Under the pieces are notes generated by a model. That model was not told the DNA's origin, made no database searches, and worked only from the letters and a program-made list of their open reading frames with translations. Source: Cirrosporium novae-zelandiae (taxonomy: Eukaryota). Taken from it: a DNA stretch of 64,000 nucleotides. Location: assembly GCA_026023565.1 (NCBI GenBank), contig JAPETS010000024.1, positions 186,001-250,000 on the forward strand. Direction: 5' to 3'. This document shows, in pieces, positions 51,762-64,000 of the stretch. A program made the translations under genes and the position numbers. The stretch's first letter is position 1, and each line of letters starts with the position of its first letter.

Positions 51762-52054
51762 TGTTCTCTAGAATTGAATGTGTGTTTTCCTAGAGGCCGC
51801 ATTAGACAATTAACAAAGTTGTACAACGTAGATGTGGGACACGATCTCACGTGCATTGGCGTTGGGGAATCCTGGTTGAGTTCTCGTCGCACTGGTGGGG
51901 GTAATTCTGGTGGAAGTCTTCGAACACTTGTCCCTTCGAATCTCTACAGGGCTTTCGGATGTCAGGATGAAAAGCTGCAGAAAAGAGAGGCTCATGATGT
52001 GATTGCAAAATATTCTTTGATCATCTACAGACTCATTATATTCGTACCTTTACA

Positions 52055-53919
52055 ATGTTATCTCAATATGTGTCTACTTCATTGGTGCAAGTCACGCTTG
52101 TGATTTGTGCCGGCATCTGGTTTACAAACGTAAATCAAGTTGTTCCAGAACCGTATCTTGTTGGTCACTACATGTATCTTTGCAGCTCTTGGCAATATAT
52201 TGATTTTTTTGTCTAGGATGAGGTCTTTCATATTCGTCAAGCAACTGCATATTGGAGAAACCAGTGGCAAATTTGGGACCCGAAAATCACCACACCTCCA
52301 GGCCTGTAAGTACAATACCAATGTTTCCTTTTGATGTGAGTCATTTAGTTGACCTCCATTATAGGTATATTGTGTCGTACATATTACTGGGACCCCTTCG
52401 ATTGGTGCCGGATTTGGCGATAGGGCCCCTAGCATTGAGGTTTACAAATATTCTTGCGCTGACAGTATTCTTGCCTTATATACTGGAACAGATCCTAGTT
52501 TTGAATGGTACCAAGAAGAGTGCGAGCGGTAAATCCTCGTTTGAAATTGCCCATACGATCTTAAACATTTGTCTCTTTCCTCCTATCTTCTTTTTCTCTG
52601 CATTATACTATACAGATATTCTATCTGCTTGCTCTGTGCTTTATAGCTATGTTTTCTTCCTTAAGTATCCTTACGGACGGAGTAAAGGGCATAGCTTGCG
52701 AATTGGAACTATCTGCCTTTCAGGACTATGGTCTCTCTGGTTTCGACAGACGAATATATTCTGGGTAGCCATCTTTTCGGCAGGTCTTGAAGTTCTACGA
52801 ACCTTGAGGGAAGAGGAGAATGTGCATAATCCAGAAGTGGGTACAGCAAGCTTGACAGGTCGTACTCCAAGAAATTGTCCCTCTGCTTTAACTGACGAAT
52901 ATTTAGACTATTTCTCGACTTCATTATCGATTGGTCTAGTAGCCATTCGCAAATTGATGACGATTCTGCAAGCTGTGACTCCCTATGTGGTAATACTGGC
53001 TGCGTTTGGGACCTTCGTAATATGGAATGGAAGCGTAGTGTTGGGTAAGTACTTTTGAATAGCAGATATGGCATATATGCTAACAACGAGCTATTAAGGT
53101 CACAAGGAATTCCATACTGCATCCCTCCATCTGCCACAGATGTTATATATCTGGCCATACTTTATGTTTTTCTCTTTCCCCTTGGTTATTCCTTACTTTC
53201 TCAATGCTTTCGTTCCCCAACAGCTGCTTCCCATCTTCTGCCGAACAGGATCATTATCCTCAAGGCTCCCAAGAATAGGTGTCAGCGTCAGTATAATATG
53301 CTGTATGATGCTAGTTATCCATTTCAACACTATCGTCCACCCATTTACTCTTGCCGACAACCGTCATTATGTGTTCTACATCTTCCGGATTCTCTTGAAG
53401 AATGAAGTAACCAAATATGGAGCGGTTATCGTCTACTTCATCTGCGGCTGGGCTTCAATTGCCGCGCTCGGAGGTATCCCACGGCTAGCCAATGATGATG
53501 GAAGGACGAAGATGGCAGAACCAGCAACGACCGACCCAAAAGTGAAACGCGCTGCCACAAGCATCGACAACGAAAGCAACACAGTCGGTTTCGTTATTGT
53601 CTGGCTTGTGTCCACCGCGCTCTCGCTCGTCACCGCTCCTCTTGTTGAGCCTCGGTATTTCATCGTACCGTGGATGATTTGGCGACTTCATGTACCTATC
53701 CATCATCAACAACTACTGCCTGGAAAAACTCACGTGGGACAAAAAAAGAACCCGACGTCGACTCCGGCATCCGAGGGATTTATCCGCACCCATGATTACC
53801 GGCTTTGGGTTGAGACTGCATGGTACCTAACCGTCAACGTTGTGACAGCGCGTATTTTCTTAGCCTGGGGGTTTTCATGGCCCCAGGAACCTGGACAAGT
53901 CCAACGATTCCTGTGGTAA
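52055..53919 (+). CDS. ALG10: Dol-P-Glc alpha-1,2-glucosyltransferase Alg10/Die2, multi-exon
   Basis: [53 protein letters not shown] and [12 protein letters not shown]; ends QRFLW. Start codon inferred. Confidence 0.93.
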
Positions 53920-56900
53920 CACGGCAGCCAAGCCAGCAAGACCAGGACAGGCCTGGTTTCACTCCCTCTTGACACATTTTAGAGCAATTACTCAAAACAG
54001 AGCACAGTATGTTTTAAAAGTGATGGGTTGACGGACAAGGGAGGTGCCCCTTCACGGGACGATACGAATAGTATTGAATTTTGACGCACGAGGGAAGTCC
54101 AGCCTTTAGCTTTCTTACAACTTTTCGTTCCTTACACTTTCTACACCGCTTGGTAAATGATAGAGATACTGTAAAGTAAAGTACAGTACAATAGGTTCTT
54201 TTAGAAAGAAAAAAAGAGGAGAATCCCAAAAAAAAAAAACCACAGACAAAGAAAACAGCATAAAGATCAAATCTCGTTTGAGGTTGATCTCGAACCAAAA
54301 GCCCATTTGTTGTTGCAATTTTCAGCCCCCCCAAAAAAACAGTTATCAATCCTAGTTTAGAAACACATGATTTCCTTTTTTTTTTGTTTTCCATGTGGTT
54401 ATCCGTTGATCCCGTCCCTTGCACCAAAGATCGAAAGCACGTGGCAGCCACACCGAAAAATAATTTAAACTTTTCTGATGTAATCTAAAGTAGCCCCCCC
54501 AAGGCTCACACAAGGGAGGGAGGTGGGATGGTGTGTTGTTTCTTTACATCCTATCCATAATTACCTGTACGTACGTACACGTACACATCGATAATTACCT
54601 TTCTAAATTCTCCCTAACTAACTACCCGTAATTAATTAACGACCGCGTTCCCGAATTTTTTCAACTTTGCTTGTTTTTTGTTTTTTTTTTACAAGGATGA
54701 TACCTTACCATTCGTTACTTCTAGTAGAAAACTCAACTTATTTTGTCACGGGACTTTTTTTTTCAAAAAAAAAAGACTTTCAGGCGAGAAGAGAAGGCTG
54801 ATTTACCTTTTTTTCCTTAATTAGGGCAATAAAACAACCAAACAGAAAGAGGAAAGGTAGATTGTTATTTAGAATATTTCTGCCACATTAGGATAAAAAA
54901 GAACAGAGGAGGAGGGGAAAAAAAAACTCAATTGGTGGTTAAAGTGTTATTCGGGGGGGGGTTTTTTTTGATCAATAATCTAGTAGAAGCATTGTAAGTT
55001 AAACCGAGCTTCGTTATTTTTTTTCTTTTCTTTTTTTTTACTGGTTCATTTGTATGCAACCAAAAAGGGGGCTTGCTGGCTGGTTGGCTTTACTTTGATT
55101 GATTGATTGATTGATTTGATTATGATAAAAATCCTTACACTCTGGGGATTCCGCGATAGCCGAGGAGAGGTGTACATGTACTACTCTACAAGCACGTTGC
55201 TTACACAATAATCTCAGAGAGCTCGTGGGGGATTAATTATTCGATTATCTTCTTTCGGAGCATTATTATTGCCATGATTTTGCCAAGAAAAACGAGCGAG
55301 AGCAAATTTCATTATTTTCCGGTCTTCCGGGAAACTGATGTATGTACACGTACACTTATATATGTATGTAACTTCTAATGAGGGAGAAAGAGGAGGGAAA
55401 GCAACTTCACGAGGAGGACGTTAATATATACGATAACGGGGGGGGGGGGGGGGAAGATCTAAAGTCGATCTCACATTTGAAAAAAAGAGTAGAGAGCCGC
55501 TATGCTTTTTGTTTGAGAATAATTTAGTTAATGTTCGTAATGAGTTGAGCGGCTGGCTTATGGGAGGGAGGAAGAGCTTTATTGAATTTGGCATCTCTGT
55601 CCGCAAGGCAAGTTAACAGGAAAAACGACAACTCCCACCCCCGGGGGTTTTATTTCCCTGCAATAGCATTTGTTGCAACGTAAACGACTCTAGTGGCTTC
55701 TCTTGGGTGTATGTATTATTGATTGATTGATTAAATAGATAATGGAAAGACTGTGACAATACCATCTTATTTTAAAAAACCTAAGGATCTAAGCTTGAAG
55801 AGGATATTATCGTAGATCACAAAGTGAACAAACATATCAGTTTAATTCGTTCAAAAGATCAGTTAAAGCTGCTAATCACCACCACATGGCAAAAGGCTTG
55901 ATAAAGTCCAAAGATAACAAAAGACGAAAGGTGTTTCTAGATGCTTTCTAGTTTTGGCAGGTTCTTTCTTTCTTCTCATCAAGTCCTTACTTTTTCAAAG
56001 TTATCAACTGGGGGCCAAGGGGGGGGGGAGGGAAAAAGGCGGTCACGAGAATTCGGGAAGAGAGCACCGAGCAATAACCGAGAATCAACTCAAAAAACTC
56101 AGAATTCAGGCAACTTGGAAAGAATCGAGGTCCTTCCTCATGGGATATTTTCAGTCAGGTTTTAATTATTAGTAGTTAGTAGTTAAGTCAAAGCTGAAAT
56201 GAAGGAAGGAAGAGGGAGTTGACCATTTTTTGAGTCTTTACTCGAGTAGAAATAACGACAGGGATTTTATTTTTTGTATTTTTTTTTTATTCTTGAAAAT
56301 TCCAGCCCAATTGCCGCGTGCTTGTGACCTGGGAAAGACAGTACACGAGTCAGCATGGCTTGTCCAGCATTATTAGAAATACCTGAGCTGCTTCTGCACA
56401 AGTTGGTTGGATGGCATGCCCCAAAATCCATGTTCAGGAAGGAAGTTGGTTGGCGTCGCAATTTTGTCTTGTGTATGGTACACATGGTCAGCCTAGAATT
56501 AAATGGTGATCTCATAATCCTTGTTTCCGAGCTGTGATTGGTCCCTTCACTTGGTTGCTATTGGAAAGTCTCAGACCACCACTGGTTTTCCACACAGCCT
56601 TTTTTTTTTTCACTTCCACGAGGCTTTTCAGGGGTTTTACTCACGCCTGGGCGGAGAACCCTGGCAACCCACGTTTCTTCTTGCTGCTTTTGTCTTCCTG
56701 CACACCCTTTAACCATCCTTGCTCATCATGCTGCTTCCAAGACCAAACAAATACGAGGAGAAGTAGTCCATCCTGGGAAGGCTTCTAGAAGCCCTCAGGA
56801 GACCTTCGAAATTGCGTGCATTTCCTAACAATTCCTCCAACGAAGCCTCTTTCGTTTGACTTCATCAATTATTATACGGAGAATCTCTCGGGAAGTTTGA

Positions 56901-59495
56901 GACAAGTCTTAGCATCTACAAAGTCATAATTCATCATCATTAACCTACTGTACGTAACTCCGAACGTCAAATGTCAATGGTTTTTTTGTTTTTTTTCAAA
57001 TACTTCACGATTTAATTACTGTGTTCTGCATTGGCTTTCGGTTCATCGTAATACTGTTACAGCGAATCTCCAAGACCTTGAATTGTCACCATGGTTAAGC
57101 CCCGGTCATCTCCACAACTTGGCTCTAGCATGTGTGGATGGCCTTATGCTTGTGTCTACTCTACATGTTTCAAACTTCAGTCCATGGAAATGTCATAGAT
57201 TTTCGAACAAACTTCCTAGGCTCCAGAGGCAAAACCTTGGTAGACATGTCTTAAAAAAATACGTGAGGTGTTTTTTCAAATCGTCTGATATTCAGATGTT
57301 GGGCCCCCACAGACCGCATCTTCATGGAAAAGCTTCCCTACTGCCAAAAGAGGTAGGTCTATGAAATCTGTAAGGTTATTCTATTCGATAGTTTGCGATA
57401 CCGGTGTGCGCCTGTTGTGGAGGCGCCATTAGGGCTGTAGCAATCTGCTTCCCTCCTTAGATTGACCTCCTGTTGACTGTTTGTGTAACTGTTTGATCTT
57501 TGCCCTGTTACTATGGCACACTGTTGGGAACAATGGTTCATGCAGTGATTTTTTTGAGTACCATTCCTCTGGGTTTCACTACAGCGATCGACTGATCGTG
57601 CATTTGTCCAAAGCTCGTAGCTTTTCTTGTCTGGTTGGGAAGGCCGTAATTCTTTCAACCCTAATTTGCTTTCTGGCAACGATGGAGTATTCTTTAGAAC
57701 CTTGGTAGTAGCAAGTAAATGTGTGACCAATGTGAGACGCCATCGCATTACTAACCGCCACTGCATCACCGCCTGATAGGGAGAGAAGCTAGTCTCTGGA
57801 TACATACACAAGATTAAGACGAGGAGAGAAGGGTTTCAATGTATCGCTAGCAGATTGAGACAACTTGAAAAGCTGGCTGACAGTGGCAAAGAAGTCTTGT
57901 ATGGAGGGGCGGCTGGAACTTCTGAAGCGAATTGCTCAAAGCGCTGGGTGTACAGTACAACGTGGTAAGAGAACAGAAAAAAACGTTTCGCTACAGGATA
58001 TATTCATTTGGTTGTTGTTAGCATACTAATGGGGTTTTTTTCATAGCTGTTAAATATAGACATAGCTTTAGCCATTTGACTGCTGTAAATCCGTACGCAA
58101 GAATAGGCAATATCACCAGTAGCTCAAGGTTCCGGCGTTAGAATATTAGGTCCAAGACATTTTTTTAACCCTCTTTACGGACAAACCGGCGAAAGAAAGC
58201 TGATTCAACTTTGAACTGACGACCTGACCTCTTTTCTTCAGAACCCAGGCGCGATTCTTGTAAAAGAAGTCAAAATACTTTCATGATGGTTTCATAGGCA
58301 ATCACCTGCCTCTTGTGAAAGAGAACCAGTTCACCCATCCCAGAAATCCCAAAAGCGGGCGTCAGTGGCCTTTTGCAAGAATCCTGGGGATATTTGATTG
58401 TTTGAAGCCTTTCCCTTCCAAGATGGACCTTTCGGACCAATATATCTAGAGTTAGTAGTGGAGAAGGCCTGTCCTAGATAGTAGATATCCTACCGCGTCA
58501 CCATTTTCGGTCCTATTGCTCAACTCTGATTCCACGGGCGAGGATCATCCCAGATTTCTCACCACCACATTCAAGCCTGTATCAATTGTATTAAACGACG
58601 ATTGCTATGGTGGGACGGAACGGATCTGGACTACTTTTCTGGCCTCCGTTCCTCAACTTTCCACCCTTGTTTTCGCTCGCCCCTTTTTGCTTGGATATCG
58701 CTGGCCAGCTTCAGGTTAAAGTTCTAGCAGTGCGGAACTAATTCCACCAATTTCATAAATTCCACGGTATCGAAAACTCTGAGTGGATTAAAGATCAGTC
58801 CACAAGCTCTTAGTCTAGCGATAGCGATTCGGTGATAGAGAAGCTAAGTTGGTCGTCCTGTGGATCCTTTGGGTGGACTGTGTAGCATCTTGTGGAGACA
58901 GACACGAAAAGCCAATTTGGCCAAGTTCCAAAGGATCATTGAAATAGCGAGGTGGGATCAACCAATCTGGTTAGTAGAAGAGTGTGACATCAGCAAGCAG
59001 AACATCTCGGTAAGGAAAACAGCGAGAAAAAAGAGAAGGAAGAAGAAGTTCTGAATTAGGAAAAGGCTGGTTCAGGCAAAGCAGAGGCAGAAAAAAGGCA
59101 GACAAACCAGTCAAAGCAAGGACAAGGCAGTTAATTATTAGTTAGACTAACAAGATAATCACTTCAAGTTCAGACTAATAATAATAATATTGTATTGATC
59201 AGGTCAGGGCGGGGTGGGGCCTCAGTTTTTATCGAAGGAATTTGTTGAACAATCGCTTTCTAGCAATTGGTTGTTGGGGGGGGGGGGGTAGGAAACAATA
59301 GATTTCTAAACTATTCAATTGTTTAATTTGTCGCATTATGGTGGTAGAATGTGGATTTAACATAAACAGCTTACCTACATGATACATACTTGATTCTGAC
59401 TTGACATAATTAAACCCATACGGAAAGAAAGACCGTTCTCGCCACCATCGATACTTTTGCCCTGATACTCGGAGGATCAATCTGAAAGTGAGTTG

Positions 59496-59590
59496 TGTGT
59501 TTGTGTGTGTGTGTGTGTGTGTCCCTTTTTTATTCTATTTTATTTTTTTTATTTTTTTATTTTTTTTATTATTTTTATTATTTTTATTCT
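59496..59590. repeat. (TG)n microsatellite followed by a (T5-8A)n tract upstream of flbA
   Basis: tgtgtttgtgtgtgtgtgtgtgtgt followed by poly-T runs punctuated by A. Confidence 0.8.
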
Positions 59591-60799
59591 TCATTTCATT
59601 GAATTTTCATTTTGGCATTATTCATACATTTGCAGGAGACTGGAGGTAATAGGATAGAGAGACCAAAGAACCTAGCTACAGCAGACTACAGTAGCTACGT
59701 ACAGTAGCACCTGGCTAAACCATTGACGAATCTTTTTTTCCCATTCACTGGGTTTGTGACTGGTTTTGACTGGGTTTCTCTCTTCCTTTAGGTTTCGGTC
59801 TGTTTGACTTTTCCCACGTGTGTATCCCTAACATCCATGCTCCACATTCTCATGCTTGACTACTACTGCTGCTCCCCTCCGACCCTCTTAACCCAAGTTC
59901 CTAGTTCCCACAATAACTTCTTCACCCCCCCTCCTCCCTATCCCACCCCCAAAATACGCAGCCAAAAGACACCAAGACCAGAGAGACCCTCCCCAACTCT
60001 CTTCTTTCACCCAAATGTCTACCCCATCTAGGCCATTTTGGCGCTGATCTTTCACTTTCACTTCACCACTGACCGCTTCCATGACTCGGTATTGACTTGT
60101 TATGATAGGGAAATCCATCAATTCTAGACATCAACACACTAAGGTCAAATTCCATTTTAGCCATCTCCGAAATACCCAGCTTCTTTCTCTCTTCTGTCAT
60201 TTTAGCCTTAGACCCTGTGTGAACTGCAAAACCGCCAAAAAACTGCGACTGCGAACCCACCGTTATCGTGCGCAGATTCAGCGAAGTCTGAACTTTCTAT
60301 CCAACAAACGCAGACTTTCAGACCCACTCCCAGTTGAAGGTCTGTTCTCCCCCTCGATTATTTTCCACTCCCTCTACCCATAACCACACCTGCTCACGAC
60401 TGACATTGTCTGGGATGAACAGACCACCTATTGCGACCATTGCCCTGGTACCTCGAACATTTTGAGTACACATTAGTACTGATCATTTACTTTGCCCTTG
60501 CTGGAATACCAATTTACCGGCACCTGTACCAGACCAATACTCGTACGAGTCTAACGAATTGACTTCTGCTGTCTCTGCCCTTATATTTTTTTCCCTCTCA
60601 GGGCTCCTTGGTCTTGCTGCTGGGTCGGCATCTGATCATCGGTACTACGGTACGACGTACATCCCTTCTAGCGCTACCTTCCCACTATCATTACAAGCCA
60701 TGTCCCTGTCGCATACTCAGAACTAACGCCCTTAACTGTTAGCTGCTTCCCTTGCACCATTGCACATCCTTCTCGCTGGGCTCACCACCGTCACTATAC

Positions 60800-62875
60800 A
60801 TGACGGTTATCTCGACCACGACCTTTCCTCAGTCGATGAACATTCTCTCCAACAGACGAAATTCCCAAACTCCAGATCCTAAGGAGCCTCACCATTCGAC
60901 AACGGCCTCGTTCCATCTCTCATCTGGTCAACAGAGGTTCTCTTATTCCCATAGAGTATCTGCCGAACCTACTCCTTCCCTAAAAGGTTCCAGAAGATCA
61001 TTCGCAGCTCTCGCCCGTGAACGTACTTCCACCGCATTTGCAAACCTCGCCTCCATAGGTTCGACATCCCACGGTACTCTTCGCTCACACTCATCTACCG
61101 GAAGTTTATCGAGGATCTCTTTTTCCGAGAACCCTTTCTTAGATAAGAACGAATCTTACGAACCGGCTGACTCTATCTCCTTGATTCCTGAACGACCATC
61201 TGAAGATCGCGGATTATCCAATCCTCCTATCAGCAGGAGAGCTTCTCACGTTCCTTCATTGAGTGCTGATACTTCATCGGCGACATATAACAAAATGCAT
61301 CAAACATCTTCGAGGCTGTTGCGGATGACTGACGATGAGCGTCCTTTCGTAAAAGACTTTAAGGACCTCTTCTCCACTCTCATGGTCAGCCTTCCACTCA
61401 ACTCTCACCGGGTACGATTCCAGAAAATTGAACATACGTTTACCTCGGAAGAAGCCATCAACAACCTCGGTTCTCTCAAATTCTCCCAGTCCAATCGCAT
61501 GCCAGACCCCAAAGATCCATCTCGGATAGTAACGACTACAACGACGACCACCTTCTCAATGGCGAAAGAAATGGCTAGATCAGTATGTCAACGATTCATG
61601 GAAGCAAGGCTCATCGAATCAACAGATGGAAAACAACAACAACATTTCCCTCTCAAGGGTGCTGTCTGGCAACTAACACCTAAGGGTATTAACATTCTCC
61701 AGTTCTTCTGCCAAAGAAATGGTATCAATCAGAAGCATGTCTTAGATGTCCTGGATGGACCTAGGAATACCATGCAGCTAGTTAGACTGGAAAGAGATGA
61801 GAAAACCGATAGGTTATCAGCAGATTCGCGGACCATGGAAGTCATCTTTCGAAGATTCGCCGGCTCCGAGGGGCCTAACGCCAAACAATCCACATCAACC
61901 TCCGATTCAGACTCTTTGAACGATTACTACAATGGAATAATTGGTGTGAAGATGGCAAAAGAGCGCAAGATTTTTGACAAAGTAATTCAAAATACATTCA
62001 CAGGTAAAGCCGGCGTAGACTGGCTCATGGATTGTTGTATCGTGATTGACAAGCAAGAGTGCAATGAGATTTGTGAGCGATTTGTTAAGTCTGGCCTGAT
62101 TTGGGCCGTTGTAGAGGACAAGGGATACATGCACCAGAATCCGAGCGCCACACTATTTCAGCCAACTAAGAGTGCCATTTATGCTCTCACCGAAAAGGGC
62201 CAGAGAGTTGCTGGTTGGATTAGCAGGGAGAAGACTGCTACCAACGGTGATGACTCGAAAATGACCTCGCGTGACTCCAATAACAACCGTCTAAACGCAA
62301 TTTTGACCGATCCCGGAATGAGGCTACTTTTCCGTGAATTTTTAAGGGATACTCACTGCGAAGAGAATTTGTCTTTCTATGTCGATGTCAAGGAATTCAT
62401 CGAGAACTACAAGGATGCCGAGAAAGTGCAACCTGTAATGAACCTCGAGACTGTTCGCGAGACTCTTGCAGCTGCATATGGCCTCTACAATGCTTTTCTT
62501 GCCCCAGGATCGCCATGTGAACTCAACATTGATCACAATCTGAGAAATAGTCTAGCCAGTCGGATGACACGGGCGGTAGGTGACGACGAGTCGCTCTTTA
62601 AGAGTCTTCAGGAGGTAATGGAACTTTTCGAGAATGCGAAGAACTCGGTTTTCAAACTTATGTCAAGTGTAAGGGTCTCTTATTAAATCATGTTTCGGAT
62701 GATGAATAGCTGACAGTCAAAACAGGATTCCGTCCCCAAGTTTATTCGAGAGCCAAGATATGCGTCTGTCCTACGCGAACACAACCTCGATACCCAATCG
62801 CACTCTCCCACATCATCTACCACTGTACTTCCGGAACGAAACGCAAGCCGCTCAGCACGCAGTGCAAGATCGTGA
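60800..62875 (+). CDS. flbA: RGS protein FlbA (Sst2-like; tandem DEP domains plus RGS domain), terminal intron about 62669-62725
   Basis: MHQTSSRLLRMTDDERPF, FSQSNRMPDPKDPSRIVTTTTTTTFSMAKEMA, FTGKAGVDWL, LFREFLRDTHCEENLSFY and PCELNIDH; last exon DSVPKF. Start uncertain (60800 or 60836). Confidence 0.95.
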
Positions 62876-64000
62876 TGAATGATTGAACCTACTCCCCGGA
62901 TTTGTTATTTTCCGGTGCACCACGTCCTGAGTTCCTTATTCGATACCAGATGTGTTTTGGAGCCTTGCAGGACCAAATTTCAACCATTGGATACCTGGGC
63001 TGTCGACTTAGGATAATCCTATGCTTTCCCTTAAAGCAGACAAGAGAGCAACAGAACAGGAACGTTTCTCGCCAAAAAAAAACCGCCTACAAGCCCGCTA
63101 AACTTTGACCGCGTGCTCCATAATCTCACCAATAATATTAGGCTCTTGACACCCACGGCTAATGTCATATATCACGATCAACCACACCGCACGCCCACCT
63201 TCACACATCCTCCCTTTAGCCCTTAGACTTGGCTCCTAAGCCACTATAACACAATTGCATTGCATTTCCCAAGGCGTTCTGGAAACACTTCATGATTGAA
63301 TCGAGTGAAAAATCGATCAATCGGTCATCATCAAAGCTATCTGAATCAAAGATCTCCTGGGGCTAGGGGTTTCATGCATATGCATTCATGACGGGATTTT
63401 TATATCTTCTGGAACACGAGGTTCTTTTTTTCCCTTTGTATAGGGGATTCGGGCGTCTTTAAATCGACTCTTTTTTCCCTCAAGATTTTTTCTTTGTTTT
63501 CTTTGCATGGTGCTGGCTAACAGTTGTGACGACCAATATGAAAGATTGATGGGGAAACGGAAGGAGGAAAGAAGTATGGCAATGCAAGGCAAAGTACGAT
63601 GTACATTTTCCCTTTTTTTATCTCTTTTAGCTTATCATTCATCTCCTTATTTGTCAGTTTGTTTGTTGTCGTTACCATTGAATCCTTGGTCTTTTAGGAT
63701 ACCCTAGCTAGAAGAAGATACGATGGTATGGTTCACCATCTCATTGTATTTGTTAGCATTCATTTTGGAGGCAGTGAGGAAGGGGGGGGGTTTTGTTTTA
63801 AATCTCCCTCCTAGTTTAGTTCTCCAAAGCATGTATGCAGTGCATGCATGCAAAAGTGATATGGTTGTACGTTACATACAAACACACACAGGCAGAGACA
63901 GACACTTTTTATATTTGAGAACCGAGAAGAACCAGAGACTCAATAACAATACAAATACAAAAAAATATGTTAAACCTATGTTTTTGATGTGTGCTATGCA

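Noticed and set aside
57359..57811. 150-aa minus-strand ORF upstream of flbA
   Set aside because: No recognisable motif or codon-like composition; likely a chance ORF.

Overview
Eukaryotic, intron-rich DNA from a filamentous ascomycete (Pezizomycotina). The window is a housekeeping chromosome segment with about 20 protein-coding genes. In order: farA/CTF1-alpha (5' part), MCD4, Csm1/Pcs1 monopolin, MSP1, cystathionine beta-lyase, a Zn2Cys6 transcription factor, HOS3, queuine tRNA-ribosyltransferase, a small single-dsRBD protein missed by the ORF track, a conserved unknown protein, an R3H-associated protein, NOT2, MRPL4, GDI1, SMC2, a CUE protein, PSF2, ALG10 and flbA. Several long, low-complexity intergenic tracts separate them. 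I found no RNA genes, CRISPR arrays, intact transposons or secondary-metabolite cluster, and no clearly new multi-gene system. The best leads are regulatory or splicing-level: tandem FarA binding sites inside a farA intron, a possible spliced hydrophobic N-terminal isoform of FlbA, the stand-alone dsRBD microprotein, AT-hook-like repeats in Csm1, and cell-cycle motifs upstream of HOS3, CSM1 and SMC2. Exon boundaries were read by eye and family calls come from recognised motifs, not database searches.
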